A stretch of 64,000 nt of DNA, from positions 333,492 to 397,491 of the forward strand of contig CM074822.1 of NCBI GenBank assembly GCA_037447605.1. The letters are read 5' to 3'. This document shows, piece after piece, positions 22,511 to 35,261 of this stretch (within the stretch, counting starts at the first letter, position 1; each line of letters starts with the position of its first letter). Under the pieces are notes generated by a model. It ran no database searches and was not told the origin of the DNA. It worked only from the letters and a program-made list of their open reading frames with translations. The DNA is from Zygnema circumcarinatum SAG 698-1b. Lineage: Eukaryota > Plantae > Zygnematophyceae. The position numbers and the translations under genes were made by a program.

Positions 22511-24274
22511 ATGGCGGCCATGGACGAGCTCCGCCTGGCGGGGAACGAGGCTGTGAAGAAGGCGGACTATGGCGGTGCTGTGACGGCATACAGAAGGGCT
22601 TTGGAGGAGGCGACACGTGTCAGTGATGCTGACACGGCTCCTCTCCACAGCAACCTTTCGTTTGCTCTGCTGAAACTCAAGCAGTTTGAAGAGGTGTTGC
22701 TCTCGTTTTTCCTGGCAATCTAAAATCGATTGGATGATGATTTTTCATGTTTCTGCATTTTTTTTCGTTTTTTTTTTGTCGATGGTTGACTTGGTTGACT
22801 TCGCTGACTTGGTAGACTTTGACGGCTTTCTCTAGCCGCTGAATGTTTGATGACTCTGTTGACGTCGGGGAAGTGATTGGACGGGCTCCTTATTCTAGAG
22901 TGAAGTGTTGTGATGAGTATCCGCGTTGTGTGAAGTGGAGGGCGTGATTAAGGTTTGGTGAAGCTGCAAATGGAGGAGGGATTGATTGATTGATTGATTA
23001 CAAAGTGGTCAGAATCTGTCCAGAATAATGAATGAGATCACGATGAAGTAATGCGGCATGTCGACTCTCCCTCTCCCTCTCCCTCTCCCTCACATCTTGG
23101 TACCGCCTCTGCATCTCTCGCGTTACAGGCGCTCTCGTCTGCAGAAAAATGTATTGAAGTAAAACCTGAGTGGCAAAAGGTGAGCGTCTTTTTCATACCT
23201 AGGCCACACGTTCGTATTCGGAATACCAAATACGCTTTAATTTTATGGATGAATAATTCACTGCATCACATGCTTCCTGAAGGAAGCACATAGCAGGAAG
23301 TGCAGTTTGCCGCTTAGGTGCATATTGCCTCAAAATCACCGCCGATTGCATTATTGTTATAATTGTTAAAACGTTTTTGAAGTTAACGTTTTTGTTTTAA
23401 ACGTTTTTGTGAAACTAAAATTGAAATAGAGAGCAGGCACACTGAACAAGTCTGATAATTGATGGCCAGTTGTTGTGCTTCTCATTGTGCCAGTGATGGG
23501 TTGGGTTTTGAAGAGAATAGGGGCACTTTCGAAAAGGAGAGGCGTTGTTCGCCTTACGACGATACGATGCGGCGAAAGAAGCTTATGGCAAAGCCTTTGA
23601 ACTGGTCAGTTCATCTTCAAGTGGAAACCCCTCTCAAAGTTTAGATTCTATGGAAAAAAAACTAAGAGAGAAGAAAGTGGGAGGAAAGGGGAAGGAGGCA
23701 GGAGGGAGAAGGGAGGAGGGAGGAGGGGAGGCGATGACGAGAGTAGGGGGTGAGGGGAGAGGGGAGAGGAGGCGGGGAGAGCGCGAGGGAGAGAGTGAGA
23801 GAGAGAGAGTGAGAGCAGTGAGGCTTTGCCGAAATAGCATCATAGGCTGACAGCATACCGTTGTGAATTGCCAGTTAAAAGAATCTTCTGAGTTTGTACG
23901 ACTTGGTTGATTGAAATAAGAGGCTAAGGCTGCGTTTAGTATGTTGAAATGTGAGCAGGCCCCTTCGGATGTAGCGCTGAAGAAGCGTCTTGCACTCACA
24001 GAGGAGGCCTTAAAGGGTTTCTTTTTCCGACAGGTGCTTTGACTAGATTCCCCCTTCAAGCTTCAGAAAGCCATATTTTAGAGTGATGACCACGAAATAG
24101 AGTTTGAATTCTAACTTTAATGCTGGTGAATTTCGTCTGTTTGAATCGTTGAAGCTGGGCATTGGACACAACAAATGGTCTGCTCCATTTTAAGTGGTCC
24201 TTATGAGTCAGGGCAATGAGCCTTAGCTAGCCATTTCTTTTCTTGGAGTTGTAACAGTATGCACGCTCTCTCTC

Positions 24275-24355
<81 letters not shown>

Positions 24356-26690
24356 CTCTCTCTCACACTTTCTCTCATGGGCATTGATTTGTTCCTCTTG
24401 AAATGAGGTGGCTGGGTATTGGGAACAGCTCTCTCCCGGCACACATTTCTGTGTAGGTAGCGGAGGAGACTTTATACAAAAGCAGGTGCGATAAAGAATG
24501 GGACATTCTTTTATCGCCGTCTTGTGGCACTAGTGTGACTCTGGCTTCACTTAAAAAAAACTGAGAAAACAAAAAGAAACAAAACAAAACAAAACAAAAA
24601 AGTATCCTAAGTCTGACCGACGTGGTACATTTGTAGGCACTTTTGAGATCTTAGTGGTTTCTAAGTATTGAAAAGAGGAGGATGGATGGGCGGCAGATAT
24701 ATAGCAGTGCACAACAAATGCGTAACTTTGTGTACCTTGTGGGAGACGCTCACACGCGAGAGGTAGTCGTAGTAGATGGAGCGTGGGACGTGCAGGTAAA
24801 CTCTTCCATCATGATGAGAGGGAGGGGGACTACCTCACTGTCCCTCTCCCTCTGCCTCTCCTCCTCCCCTCACTCGCCCCACTCAACAGAGAAGTGGAAA
24901 AGAAAAGAAGAATGATGTTCATGACCTGAGTATTAGACACACGCATACCGCATGTTTTTTGGCGATTTTTTTGTTACGTTTTCTCAGGATTATAAGCTAT
25001 TTTGACTCCCAAGCCTGCTATTTAAGCTAAACCCTATGATTGGTTTGCGGGACTGCAGAGCATTCTTGCGTATGCTGAAGCGGAACTTGTCACCCCGGTT
25101 TGTTCGGCATCCCCTCCTCCCTCCCTCCTCCCTCCTCCCTCCTCCCTCCTCCCTTCTCCCTCCTCCTCCTCCTCCTCCCTCCTCCTCCCTCCTCCTCCTC
25201 CCTCCTCCCTCCTCCCTCCTCCCTCCTCCCTCCTCCCTCCTCCCTCCTCCTCCCTCCTCCCTCCTCCCTCCTCCCTCCTCCTCCCTCCTCCCTCCTCCCT
25301 CCTCCCTCCTCCTCCCTCCTCCCTCCTCCTCCTCCCTCCTCCCTCCTCCTCCTCCCTCCTCCCTCCTCCTCCTCCTCCTCCCTCCTCCCTCCTCCCTCCT
25401 CCTCCTCCCTCCTCCCTCCTTCCCTCCTCCCTCCTCCCTCCTCCCTCCTCCCTTCTCCCTCCTCCCTCCTCCCTCCTCCCTCCTCCCTCCTCCCTCCTCC
25501 CTCCTCCCTCCTCCCTTCTCCCTCCTCCTCCCTCCTCCTCCTCCTCCCTCCTCCCTCCTCCCTCCTCCCTCCTCCCTCCTCCCTCCTCCCTTCCCACACA
25601 CATTCTGACCCATTCTATGGCCAAGTAGAATGGCTCCCACCAGACTTGGCATGCAAGGCTTGCGAGTCTCCTAGTGGTTTGTAATTCTACATTGGTAATG
25701 TATTTGAGTTCATCAAACTGTGTTCCGATCCTCTTCGTCTCCCTCTCTTCCTCTCTCTCCCTCTCACTCAGTGCACTCCTCCTGTATATGGTGAAGGAGG
25801 GGGGCTGATTTGTCCTCTAGTGAGTGTCCAGGTGGCATCGGTTGTCACCCATTACCACTTCGACCATACAGGCGGTCTCCCTCCCCCTCCTTTTGATGCT
25901 TTGGGGGTTCGAGTTTCCGGAGTGCGTGAGCTTGCAACAGAGGCAAAACTTCAGGTGGGTACAGTCAGAATGGAAAGAAAAGAATGGAGAAAGTGAAAAA
26001 AAGAACGAGAAGCAGCTCCTGCATTCTTCGAAGTGCTATTCAGACATCTTTGCAAACAGAGGATGATTTCAGAAGTATTGCTATCCATCTCTTTAAAGAC
26101 AGAGGATGATTTTAGAAGTCAGTGATATCTCTGCAGGTATATGTGAACAAGGAGGATGCGGAGATTTTGCGGACCAAAAACAAAGTTCCGCCATCATCTA
26201 TAGTAGAGCTGGAGGTAGGGAGAGTCAGACTATGCTATACCGTATCTGTCAAGCAAGCAGCTTTATGCATTGATAACCCTAAAATGTAGAGGATGCATCG
26301 AAGAGAAAAGTGCAACTTTCTCCAATCTTAGAGGGCTGTTGGAATGCAGCACGAAAATACACTTGATGTTGGTTCCGTACACCTCCAGTTTCTTCATACT
26401 CCGGGCCATACTCCAGGCAGTCAGTGTATTAGCATTACCAGGTACATTGTTCTTTGTTTGCCCTTACTCTCACAGCAGGGAGGAGAGGAGGGAAGAGAGT
26501 AAGGAAGAAAAAGAGGGGAAAAGAGGCTCGTGGAGAGAAGAGGCGAGAGCAGGAAAGAGAGGAGAGAAAAGGGAAGAGAACAGAGGAGGCTTGCTGAACT
26601 TATGGTTGGCATTTTGTGCTCAATTTCAGAGTTCCCGGAAGCTCTGATGGAATACTGTTGACAGGAGACACGCTTTTCATTGGAAGGTAC

Positions 26691-26721
<31 letters not shown>

Positions 26722-27746
26722 TTTTTCCTCTTTTGGAGTGGATTGAATGGAGAACTATGAACCTTGAAGAACTATGTTTTTTCACTTTGTTTGATCATTT
26801 TGAGTTTCTCAAGGATACATATAAGCCCTATAGTCCATGCGAGGGAGAAATATAATGCTAAGGGAAAGGACACATCAAAGTGTCCTTGTGAAGACATGCA
26901 ATGCAAGTAAAACCATAGACAATCAGAGTGATCTGTTTGTGCTCTTACCAGATAGGGTGGCTCGGGCAGTTGTAGAACATGGAACGGAAGATTGTGGGAT
27001 GTGAAGTAGGTTTATGTGGGGTGGGGGGTTTTAGTTTCCTTTGAAACTCTTGGGAGGAGGAGGAGGAGGAGAGTTGTGGGAAGTTGCTGAAAGTTTTGTT
27101 GGGTTTGTCTGCCTGCAGTTGTGGGCGGTTGGACCTTCCTGACTGCAGCGCCCATCAGATGTATCGTAGCCTCCAAGTGGTTCTCGCCTCTCTCCCTGAC
27201 TCGACTATGTGAGCCGTCCCCTTCTCCTACTCCTCCTTCTCAGTCTCCTCCTCTTTCTTCTTCTTCCTCTCCTACTCCTCCTTCTCCTTTCTTCTTCTCC
27301 CTCTCCTACTCCTCCTTCTCCCCCTCTTTCTTCTTCTCCCTCTCCTACTCCTTCTCCTCCTCTTTCTTCTTCTCCCTCTCCTACTCCTCCTTCTCCTCCT
27401 CTTTCTTCTTCTCCCTCTCTTCTTCTCCTCCACTTTCTTCGTCTCCCTCTCCTACTCCTCCTTCTCCTCCTCTTTCTTCTTCTTCTTCTTCCTCTTCTAC
27501 TCCTCCTCCTCCTCCACTATGACTTTCTCTTTCTCTTATGTTTTCTCCTCCTGCTCCTATGCCTGCTCCTCCTCCCACCTTCAGGCTGCAACTCACTTCA
27601 CTTCTGAGTGGCTGAATATTTGAATCAGAGTCTATCCGGGCCATAACTACGGAGGGACCCACACGACCATTGGGGCGGAGAAAAGAAGAGGTCTATTGGC
27701 CAAGGTTTCGGAGGAGAAATGGCTTCAGACGCATCACAAGTTGTGA
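22511..27746 (+). CDS. TPR-repeat + metallo-beta-lactamase-fold (glyoxalase II-like) hydrolase fusion, ~12 exons
   Basis: N-terminal TPRs ([14 protein letters not shown]; [12 protein letters not shown]; [14 protein letters not shown]). MBL motifs [18 protein letters not shown] (25850-25867), [25 protein letters not shown] and YPGHNY. Stop TGA at 27744-27746. GT-AG junctions found by eye; some internal boundaries are approximate. Confidence 0.87.
25110..25592. repeat. (CCTCCTCCCT)n low-complexity tract in an intron of the TPR-MBL gene
   Basis: Continuous CCT/CCCT array; source of the spurious EEGGGRR and PPSSLL ORFs. Confidence 0.9.
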
Positions 27747-28360
27747 TGGAACATAATGCAAAGTGATGCTACGAATGCCATAATGATGTACAGAATAGCC
27801 GGCAGCTTCCCTGCCTGAGCCACACAGGCATGAGCAGGGAGGGCATGCTGCTGTATAGAGGGTGCTTTCTTCTTCCAAAATTTTCCATTTTCGCTTCAAT
27901 TTCTGATTGTGAAATTGAATTGGAGGTCTATTCTCAATCAAGATGGAAATGGCGACTAGCGCATACGTTCTTTTGCATTCAATAATAACTTCATAAGGCC
28001 TAACCTTCCAGACCCCATATGAATCCTAAATTCTCTAAAGACGCTAGATATGAAAAGTTGTAAGCTGAAAGACTTTTGTTGCTGTGGCTTCATATCCAGT
28101 GCCCTGTTCGCACACTGAACTGCGTACCTTCTTCTGAAGGCGCATTGAGGGATTCACCACAGTCACTACTGATATAGGGGAAACTTTTGGTCCCAAACAT
28201 TTTCCTGTTGGAACCAACCATTGAATTCAAGGGTTGCCAACCATTGGCACTTATTGTTGAAATACTTAAACCCTTCCCAGCAACAATTGTTGTTTGCCAA
28301 TGGTTGCGCTGTGCAGTGGAAATGTTTTGCCTGTAGTGAGTCTGAAAGGCTTGTGAGCGA

Positions 28361-28432
28361 CAACAACAACAAAAACAACAACAACATGGTGAAAGAACCA
28401 CGAGGAACCAACCTCTCACAAAGGACCTGAGG
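28361..28432 (-). mobile_element. Short (GTT)n-tailed repeat, copy 2
   Basis: (CAA)n CATGGTGAAAGAACCACGAGGAACCAACCTCTCACAAAGGACCT matches the reverse complement of 21364-21427. Confidence 0.55.
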
Positions 28433-28514
28433 ACAAAAACGACAAGTTGTGGAGAAGTAGTGTGCTGTGGTCATGACTAAAAGTCACTTCTTTTTAGTCA
28501 CACGCTGCAACTGT

Positions 28515-28782
28515 CAGTCACAAGGGTATGCCACGTCACCCGCCATGAGCGTGACGGCACGCGACGACCATGTGCGCCATGCGGCCGGCGCGTGCCGAGA
28601 GGCGCGTCGCCGCGTGACGACAGACGTGACATGGCACCTGACACGTCACGCGATCGGGAGAAATCCAAAAGAAACCCTGCAATCGACGGTGGAGGATGAG
28701 AGGGGGGCGGGGGGGTCCATCGAGCGGTCGAAAAAGCGCGCCACGTCGGATTTTGAAGGGGTTTTCGGAGAAGGGTTTTAGG
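28515..28782. promoter_or_regulatory. G-box/ACGT-rich dispersed repeat, copy 1
   Basis: Alignable to 34724-34969; contains multiple ACGT/ACGTG cores. Regulatory function is inferred only. Confidence 0.45.
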
Positions 28783-31700
28783 GCTGTTCACTGACGTGGC
28801 GGACACATGGACGCCACGTATGCACCCCGTATGCACCACGTGAGCACCACGGTGGCAATACTCGGCTACCGTAGGCAGAAGTCCTAACGCCAGTCTATCA
28901 TGAATCTGTCCTGGTTTCAAACTCAGATACATGCGTACTAGAACATGTACGGACACCATGGCACCGTACGGCCGTGCAAAGGAGGCCGGGCGGAGCAATA
29001 AAGCGACCGTTCCTCGGCGTGGGCTTTCCGCAAACGGCCGGGTTTGACTTTTTGACTCAACTTGACCGGGTCTGACCGCAAGTGACCTCAGTCCTGTCTG
29101 AAGTGCGTCAATAAATTTGTCGCATCCGCCGACCACGTGCAGACGTACGCACGCTTCCCCAAAAAGCGACAAAAGATCGTATCTCAGAAAATTGTCGCTC
29201 ATGGCCGGCCGATTCTATGTTCGTACTACGACGGTACAAGTACCGTACAATTTGCGTACAACTATCGTACAAATTTGTACATGCTCGTACAGGTCACAGG
29301 CAGATTCAGCTCGCCACCGGATCTTGAATGACCTACGATGACGTCATTACTATACGGACGACAAAAAAGTGTCCGCCCCGGCCAAAGCCCTTAGGAAAAG
29401 TGCATTGCTTGGACGCCGAGCCCCCTGATTGGCTGATATCGCAGGTTGGTGACGTGGCTAGATATAATTCGCTCATGGAAGATTCGAAAGTGCGCGTTAA
29501 CAACGACAGTGGGACCGTTTGAGCAATTCCATGAGACCAACTGGGAAGAAACGACATAGAAAGGGCGTTTTTACGGAGATTGTAGGATTCTGAACATGGT
29601 GCGTCTCAGTTTGGAGATGTCTCGTGCTTTTGTCTTTTTGCGGAGATATTTTCCGACGGAGTAGGAGTCGTGGAAGATATTTCCGTTAAACTTGAGGAAG
29701 ATCCGCTCCGATTCTGTTTGCTTGGATCCACAAATACACAATTTCCCAGATCAACCCCAAAACCCGCCCCTTAACCCAGCCCTTTCACCCCATTCCACCC
29801 CAAATTCTACCAAAGCAGAGCATATCCACAACCCCCCCACTGTTGACCTTATCGTGTACTAAAGTTAACCTAGATTTGTTGATCTTGATAAAGTGCCAAA
29901 GTACGGCGGATCTCGGTCACGGGATCCGCCCAATTGCGTGTGTTATCCGCAGGCCCTCGCACGTGCGGGAGGGGAGCTCCGGGGATGCACCTCCCCGGAG
30001 TTCAGGGCCGCCTTCACCCGCTCGCCGCTGGGGGGGGGGAGTAGAGCGGGATGGAGGGAGAGGGGGGGAGAGAGGGAGAGGGAGAGGGAGAGGGAGTGGG
30101 AGAGGGACAGAGGGGAGAGGGGGAGGGAGAGAGAGTAGAAGGAGAAGCTGGGGAGAAAGAGAGTGAGAAAGGAGAAAGAAGAGAGGGAGAGGGGGAAAGA
30201 GGGAGAGGGAGAGGTAGAGGAAGTGGGAGAGGGAGTACAAGGAGAATCTTGGGAGAAAGAGAGAGTGAGCAAGGAGGAGGAAGAGAGGGAGACGTGGGGG
30301 GAGGGAGAGAGGTGGGGAGAGAGAGCAGAGGGAGTGGGAGATGGGGAGGGAGAGGGAGTAGAAGAAGGAGAAGCTGGGAAGAAGGGGAGAGAGAAAGGAG
30401 AAGGAAGAGAGGAAAAAAGAGAGAGGAGGGAAGAGGGAAGAGACAGGGAGAGAGAAGGGTAGAGAGGCAAGTTGGGGAGGTGAAGAAAGTGGGCTGGAGA
30501 GAGTGTGAGGAAGGGTAGGGAGAGGGAGAGGGAGAGGGAGAGGGAGAGGGAGAGGGAGGGGAGAGGGAGAGGGAGAGGGAGAGGGAGAGGGGAAGGAGGG
30601 GAGGGCTGAAGCTGGATTCGGAAGAGAGGGTGGCAAGGGGGTGGCTGTTGGAAGAAACGGAGGGGGGGAGCGAGAGGGACGTGGAATGGGGCATGGGGGA
30701 TGACACGTGGCGCCTGAGAGGGAGGGAGGCGGGAGGCGACGGAAGGAATGAAGGTGGAGGACTGCAGGCTGAAAAGGTACGGATGGGAGAGGGCGAGGGA
30801 GATGGAGAAGGAGAGGGAGAGAGGGAGAGGGAGAGGGAGAGGGAGAGGGAGAAGGAGAGGGAGAGGGAGAGAGGAGAGGGAGAGGGAGAGGGAGAGGGAG
30901 AGGGAGAGGGAGAGGGAGAGGGAGAGGGAGAGGGAGAGGGAGAGGGAGAGGGAGAGGGAGAGGGAGAGGGGGGCGAAGGAAAGTGGGTTGCTAGGTTGAA
31001 TGGTGGTGGGGTAAAGAATGAACACAGCGTATGGAATTGAGGAGAGAGGAGAAAGAGAGTCAGCGGAAGGAGGGAGAGAGTAAGATATAGAACAGAGACG
31101 GGGGACGGAAGAGTGAAGTAGGGACGGAGGGCATAGTAGATCAAGATTTGAAGGCAGACCCAGAGGAGAGAGGAAAGCAGGGAGTGAGAGAGGGAAGGAG
31201 AACAGAAACGTAGGGAGAGGTAAGAGGTAGAGGGAGGCGAGGAGAGGTATGGAGTGGGAGAGGAGGTACGGTAGGATAATCCATAATTGAGGAAAGGGTG
31301 GAAAGAACATGAGGTGAAGGGAGCACTTCAGAGGGGGTAGGAGCGGGAGAGGACAGAGAGAGAGGAGAGGGAGAGAGGAGAGATGAATGGTGTAAAAGAG
31401 GAGAGGAGCGAGCTATGGAAGGCAAGAGGGAGGGGATGGGAGGAGGATCAGGTCGGGGCGTGCGAGGGAGGGAGAGGGAGAGGGAGAGGGAGAGTGGGGG
31501 GGGAGGAGAGACAGAGAGGCAGAGGGTGGTCACGGTATGAAAGGTCAGTCAATTGAACTACGAATGGGTAACTGAAGAGCATGAAGGATTAACCAATTGA
31601 GTTACGGATGGTTCATCAAACAAACGTAATTCGGGATGCTCTCTGTATATACACATGTGATATGTGGCGTGTATACGTGGGTCTTTTTTTATTTTCACGT

Positions 31701-31789
31701 ATTTTTTTCTTTTTTAAATCCATATTTTGTTGAGAATCTTTTCTTTTAATTTCTGACTCTGAAGCCTCGTACTCTTTATATCACAGAGT

Positions 31790-32060
31790 ATGGCGCTCCA
31801 TGAAGCATCGAGTCGGCGCCTGCAACGGAACTGTGATTACATGGAACAGTCAGGTAACGCCATCTGCTCGTTCGGCCCTTTTCATTTTCAGCCATTTTCT
31901 CAAAGCTGGCTTTTGTTAGTTCACGGATTTTACGTCGAAATGCTTTTGTTCGAAATGTCACGAATGGAAATTTTACATGGAAAAATATGGAAAATTAAGA
32001 AGTAATAACTTTATCACGGAAAGTGGGGGGGAGAGGTTGTGTGAAAGTGAGAGAGTGAGA

Positions 32061-32098
<38 letters not shown>

Positions 32099-33877
32099 CC
32101 TCTACCCCTCCCCCTTTAAGCTACCTTCCTTTATTTCTTTGTCTACTTCCCTCTCTCCCGCTTAACACTCTTTTCTTCCTCTACTCCCTTGTCTTCCTTC
32201 CCCCGTTCTCCTGCTCCCTCCCCTCTCCCTTTCTTTCCCCCCTCCTCCTCCCTATTCTAACGGTCTCCGCACGACTTGCAGATTCCCCCTCTGCACAAAG
32301 CACACCTAGCCGGCCTCCCACAGGCTATGGAGATGAGAGAGAGGAGGAGGGAGGGGAGGAGAGAGAGAGAGAGAGAGACTTTCTCAAGCTCACGTTAGGG
32401 CGGCCGGGAACCCAAATAGCCAACTCGAGTTGTGCCAAGCAGGGAGGAGAGGGAGAGCAGCTCTCTCTCGCGAGTGGTAGTGCTGTCAACCTCCAATCAG
32501 ATGGAGGAGATATGGTGAGGTCTCTCTCCTTCTATCATGCATCCACCCATGCCTTTATTTCCCTCCTATTACATTTCAGTTCTTTTCGTTTCAAATTGCT
32601 TTGTACTTTCTCTAATTTCCTGTCATCCTATGAAGGTGTAACTGAGACCTTGAGGTTACCCCAAAGTATGATTTCGATACCCAAAGCAGAGGGAGGGGAA
32701 CAGAGAGAAAGAAATGGAGGGGAGAAAAGGCAAGATTGAACTGAGAGGGATTGCAGACGAGAGAGAGAGAGAGGGAGGGGGACAGGGAGACGAGAAGGGA
32801 GAGGGAGTGGGAGCGGAGGGAAGGGAGCTGAGGGGGAGGACTCGGAGTTGAAGCAGGAGAGGGTAGGAGAGATTAGAACCTTCCATTTTGGAGTTTCTGA
32901 TGTAAAAAAGTGTCTCTTTGCAGGACATTCAAAGGAGTGACCCTTTCCCTTCTTCCTCAGAACTTGGGCCATGGCGGTCCCTCTCAATGAGCAATCCGGA
33001 GGGAGGATTAGGGTTCAGCGGATTCCGGAAATGGACTGCGAGTGCTCCGACTCTCTCTACCTGCACTACTCCCTCCTCTCTCAGCTTCCAATCTTCTCCT
33101 CCTCTCCCCTCCAACTACCACCATCTACAGCAGCAACCCGGACCCTTCCTTCCTGAAACATTTCTTCGTAATAATGCTTCCTGTCCTGAGACCATTCAAC
33201 AGGGGAGAAATTTCACAAGGGAGGAAGCCATGAGGATAGACAACTCGACGAGAAACCTCTCTTCTTCTGGAGAAGGAATCGAACTCAATTTGTTCCCCTC
33301 TTACCCTCACGAAATGCGAGAGAGGCGAACAATATCGACGAGTTTTTCAGGGTCTCCTGCTGCCCCTCCTTTGCAGAACACTCTGAGATCTGCAGGACAA
33401 GACTTGCTAATGCAGCTTGGAGCAAGGGCTTTTTTGCACAACTTAAACTCAGGTCAACAAGAAGCTCAAAGACTCACAGATTTTCGGGCTCCCTCCACTT
33501 CCTCTTTCTGGACAGTTCCGACCAATAGTTCGCAGGATTCTAGTCAATCCTGGCCTGCATATAGTGACAGATTTAGCTTTCCAGCCCGCCTATCTTCACA
33601 GCTGAGTGTTCATTCTGCAGCTCACGAGGAAGCTGCAACTGCAACTGCAACTGCAGCTGCAGCTGCAGCTGCAGCAGGGAGGAGGTTGTACAGAGCGGAA
33701 GACGATGTAGATTTGCTGCGATTTCCAAATAGATCAGATATCCGAGCACAAGTTGATCCGAAGATATTGAAGCAGAGGCAGAAAGGGAGGGAGAGGAAGG
33801 CTCGCTCTCGCCAAAAGAAGAGGGCGGCGCTGCTTGCTGCTAAGGCTCAAGCTGCTGCCGAGCAGAGCGCAGGATGA
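31790..33877 (+). CDS. Putative transcriptional regulator with EAR-like motifs and a degenerate bZIP-like basic region (gene A); join(31790..31853,32282..32514,32924..33877), 416 aa
   Basis: Three exons with canonical GT-AG sites and consistent phases (64+233+954 = 1251 nt). DFLKLTLG and IELNLFP motifs. C-terminal VDPKILKQRQKGRERKARSRQKKRAA. Additional upstream exons are possible (acceptor-like CACAG just before the ATG). Confidence 0.72.
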
Positions 33878-34579
33878 GAGGTAGGAGGTAGGGAGGGAGG
33901 GAGGGAGGGAGGTAGGGAGGGAGAGGGAGGAAGGAAGGGAGGGAGGGATGTATGAGGTTATGCATTTTGAGGGATTCTTTAAAATAGTAGCTTGGTGGGA
34001 TTAGGGTTAGGGCTAGAGTTAGGGTTAGGGTTTGGTGTAAGCTCTATACCGGCAGGCATGGCTGTTTTTCCCGCCCAACCTCGCTTTGCTTGCTGCTGCT
34101 GCTCTCTGCCGCATGTTTAGTGAGTGCAGGAGGATTGATTTTTCGGAAAAGCTAGAAAGTGTCCGCTCTTGCTGCTGCTGCCTTTACGCCATTCACATTC
34201 ATGGCTGCGTCGCACAGAGCCAGTCAGCCACATCCATGGTTTCCAAATGTACATTGCGATTTGAAGAAAAAAATTGGCAGTGAGAGATGTGAATGGTGCA
34301 AGCCTCTCTCTCTCCCTCTTTCCCTTCCATTCTCTCTCCAAATCTTTTGCAGCCCCCGTCCTGACCGAACACTCGCAGTCAGTCAGTCTGTCACAATAAC
34401 AGATAACTTTGTTTAGTTTTTAAATGAAACCCTAAAAACCAGCCGCTGCTCGAGCCGCAAAAACAAGGAGATGCGTCACGTCGTGCCACTGTGACGTCAT
34501 CGTAATCAAACAGACGGTACTTTCATTGAACCTTCGGGAAAAAAAAAAAAAACTGGCAGAACTCCCTGTCCCCGGAACT

Positions 34580-34700
34580 GTGAACCCTAAACCCTACATC
34601 CCTAAACCCTTAAAACCCTACATCCCTGACCCTTGGACCCTACCCCCCTAAACCCTTAACGCTAAATCTCTAATCCCTAAACCCTGTTCCCTAAACCCTT
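34580..34700. repeat. Degenerate telobox/telomere-like array (AAACCCT[A]n)
   Basis: Multiple CCCTAAA(C) units; similar arrays at 52407-52456 and 53462-53492. Confidence 0.7.
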
Positions 34701-34723
34701 TGCTCAAAACAGCGGGCGCAAGC

Positions 34724-34969
34724 CAGTCACAAGGGGCACGCCACGTCACCCTGGACGTACGTGAAGTCACGCTTCGACCACGTGCCTCACGCGCGGACGT
34801 GTGCCGAGAGGCGTGTCGCCACGTGGCTTCGGAAGCCACGTGGCACGTGACGTGACAGTGTTACTTCAAAAACCCTTAAATGGACGGCCGATGATGAGGG
34901 TGCCTCCATCGAACGGTCGTCGAACGCGCCACGTCGGATTCTGAGGGGTTTTTTGGAGAGGGTTTTTTA
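34724..34969. promoter_or_regulatory. G-box/ACGT-rich dispersed repeat, copy 2
   Basis: About 9 ACGT cores in 34738-34860, including two perfect GCCACGTGGC palindromes. Homologous to 28515-28782. Confidence 0.45.
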
Positions 34970-35195
34970 GTGCGTGATCACAGAAACGCCGCCATTACAG
35001 CCACGTAAGGGACACGTGGGGGGCCACGTCGGCGCCATGCTGGCAAAGCGCGCCCTGGTGGAACACGGAAACGCGTCGTACACGACGCTAAACCGGGTCA
35101 TGGAACCGCGCCCTAGAAAGTAGACATGGATGTGGCATGGCCGCATGGGTCTCACACGCATGGCCATGCCATGAAAGGTGGTGCAATATGGCCAC

Positions 35196-35261
35196 CAACA
35201 ACAACAACACCAACATGGAGTGGGAACCACGAGGAACCAACCGCTCACAGAGGACCTAGGG
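35196..35261 (-). mobile_element. Short (GTT)n-tailed repeat, copy 3
   Basis: (CAA)n..CATGGAGTGGGAACCACGAGGAACCAACCGCTCACAGAGGACCT. Confidence 0.55.

Noticed and set aside
28166-28474. ORF resembling a secreted Cys-rich peptide ([16 protein letters not shown])
   Set aside because: The signal-peptide-like Leu run is the (GTT)n tail of the dispersed retroelement-like repeat, and the ATG lies within that repeat.
29917-31533. Long Pro/Ser/Leu- or Glu/Arg/Gly-rich ORFs (extensin-like SPSPSP)
   Set aside because: They are translations of (GAGAGG)n and GA-rich simple repeats, open in several frames and on both strands. The same applies to ORFs at 12972-14372, 24990-25684, 39802-40771, 42097-44231, 44586-48376 and 55109-55658.
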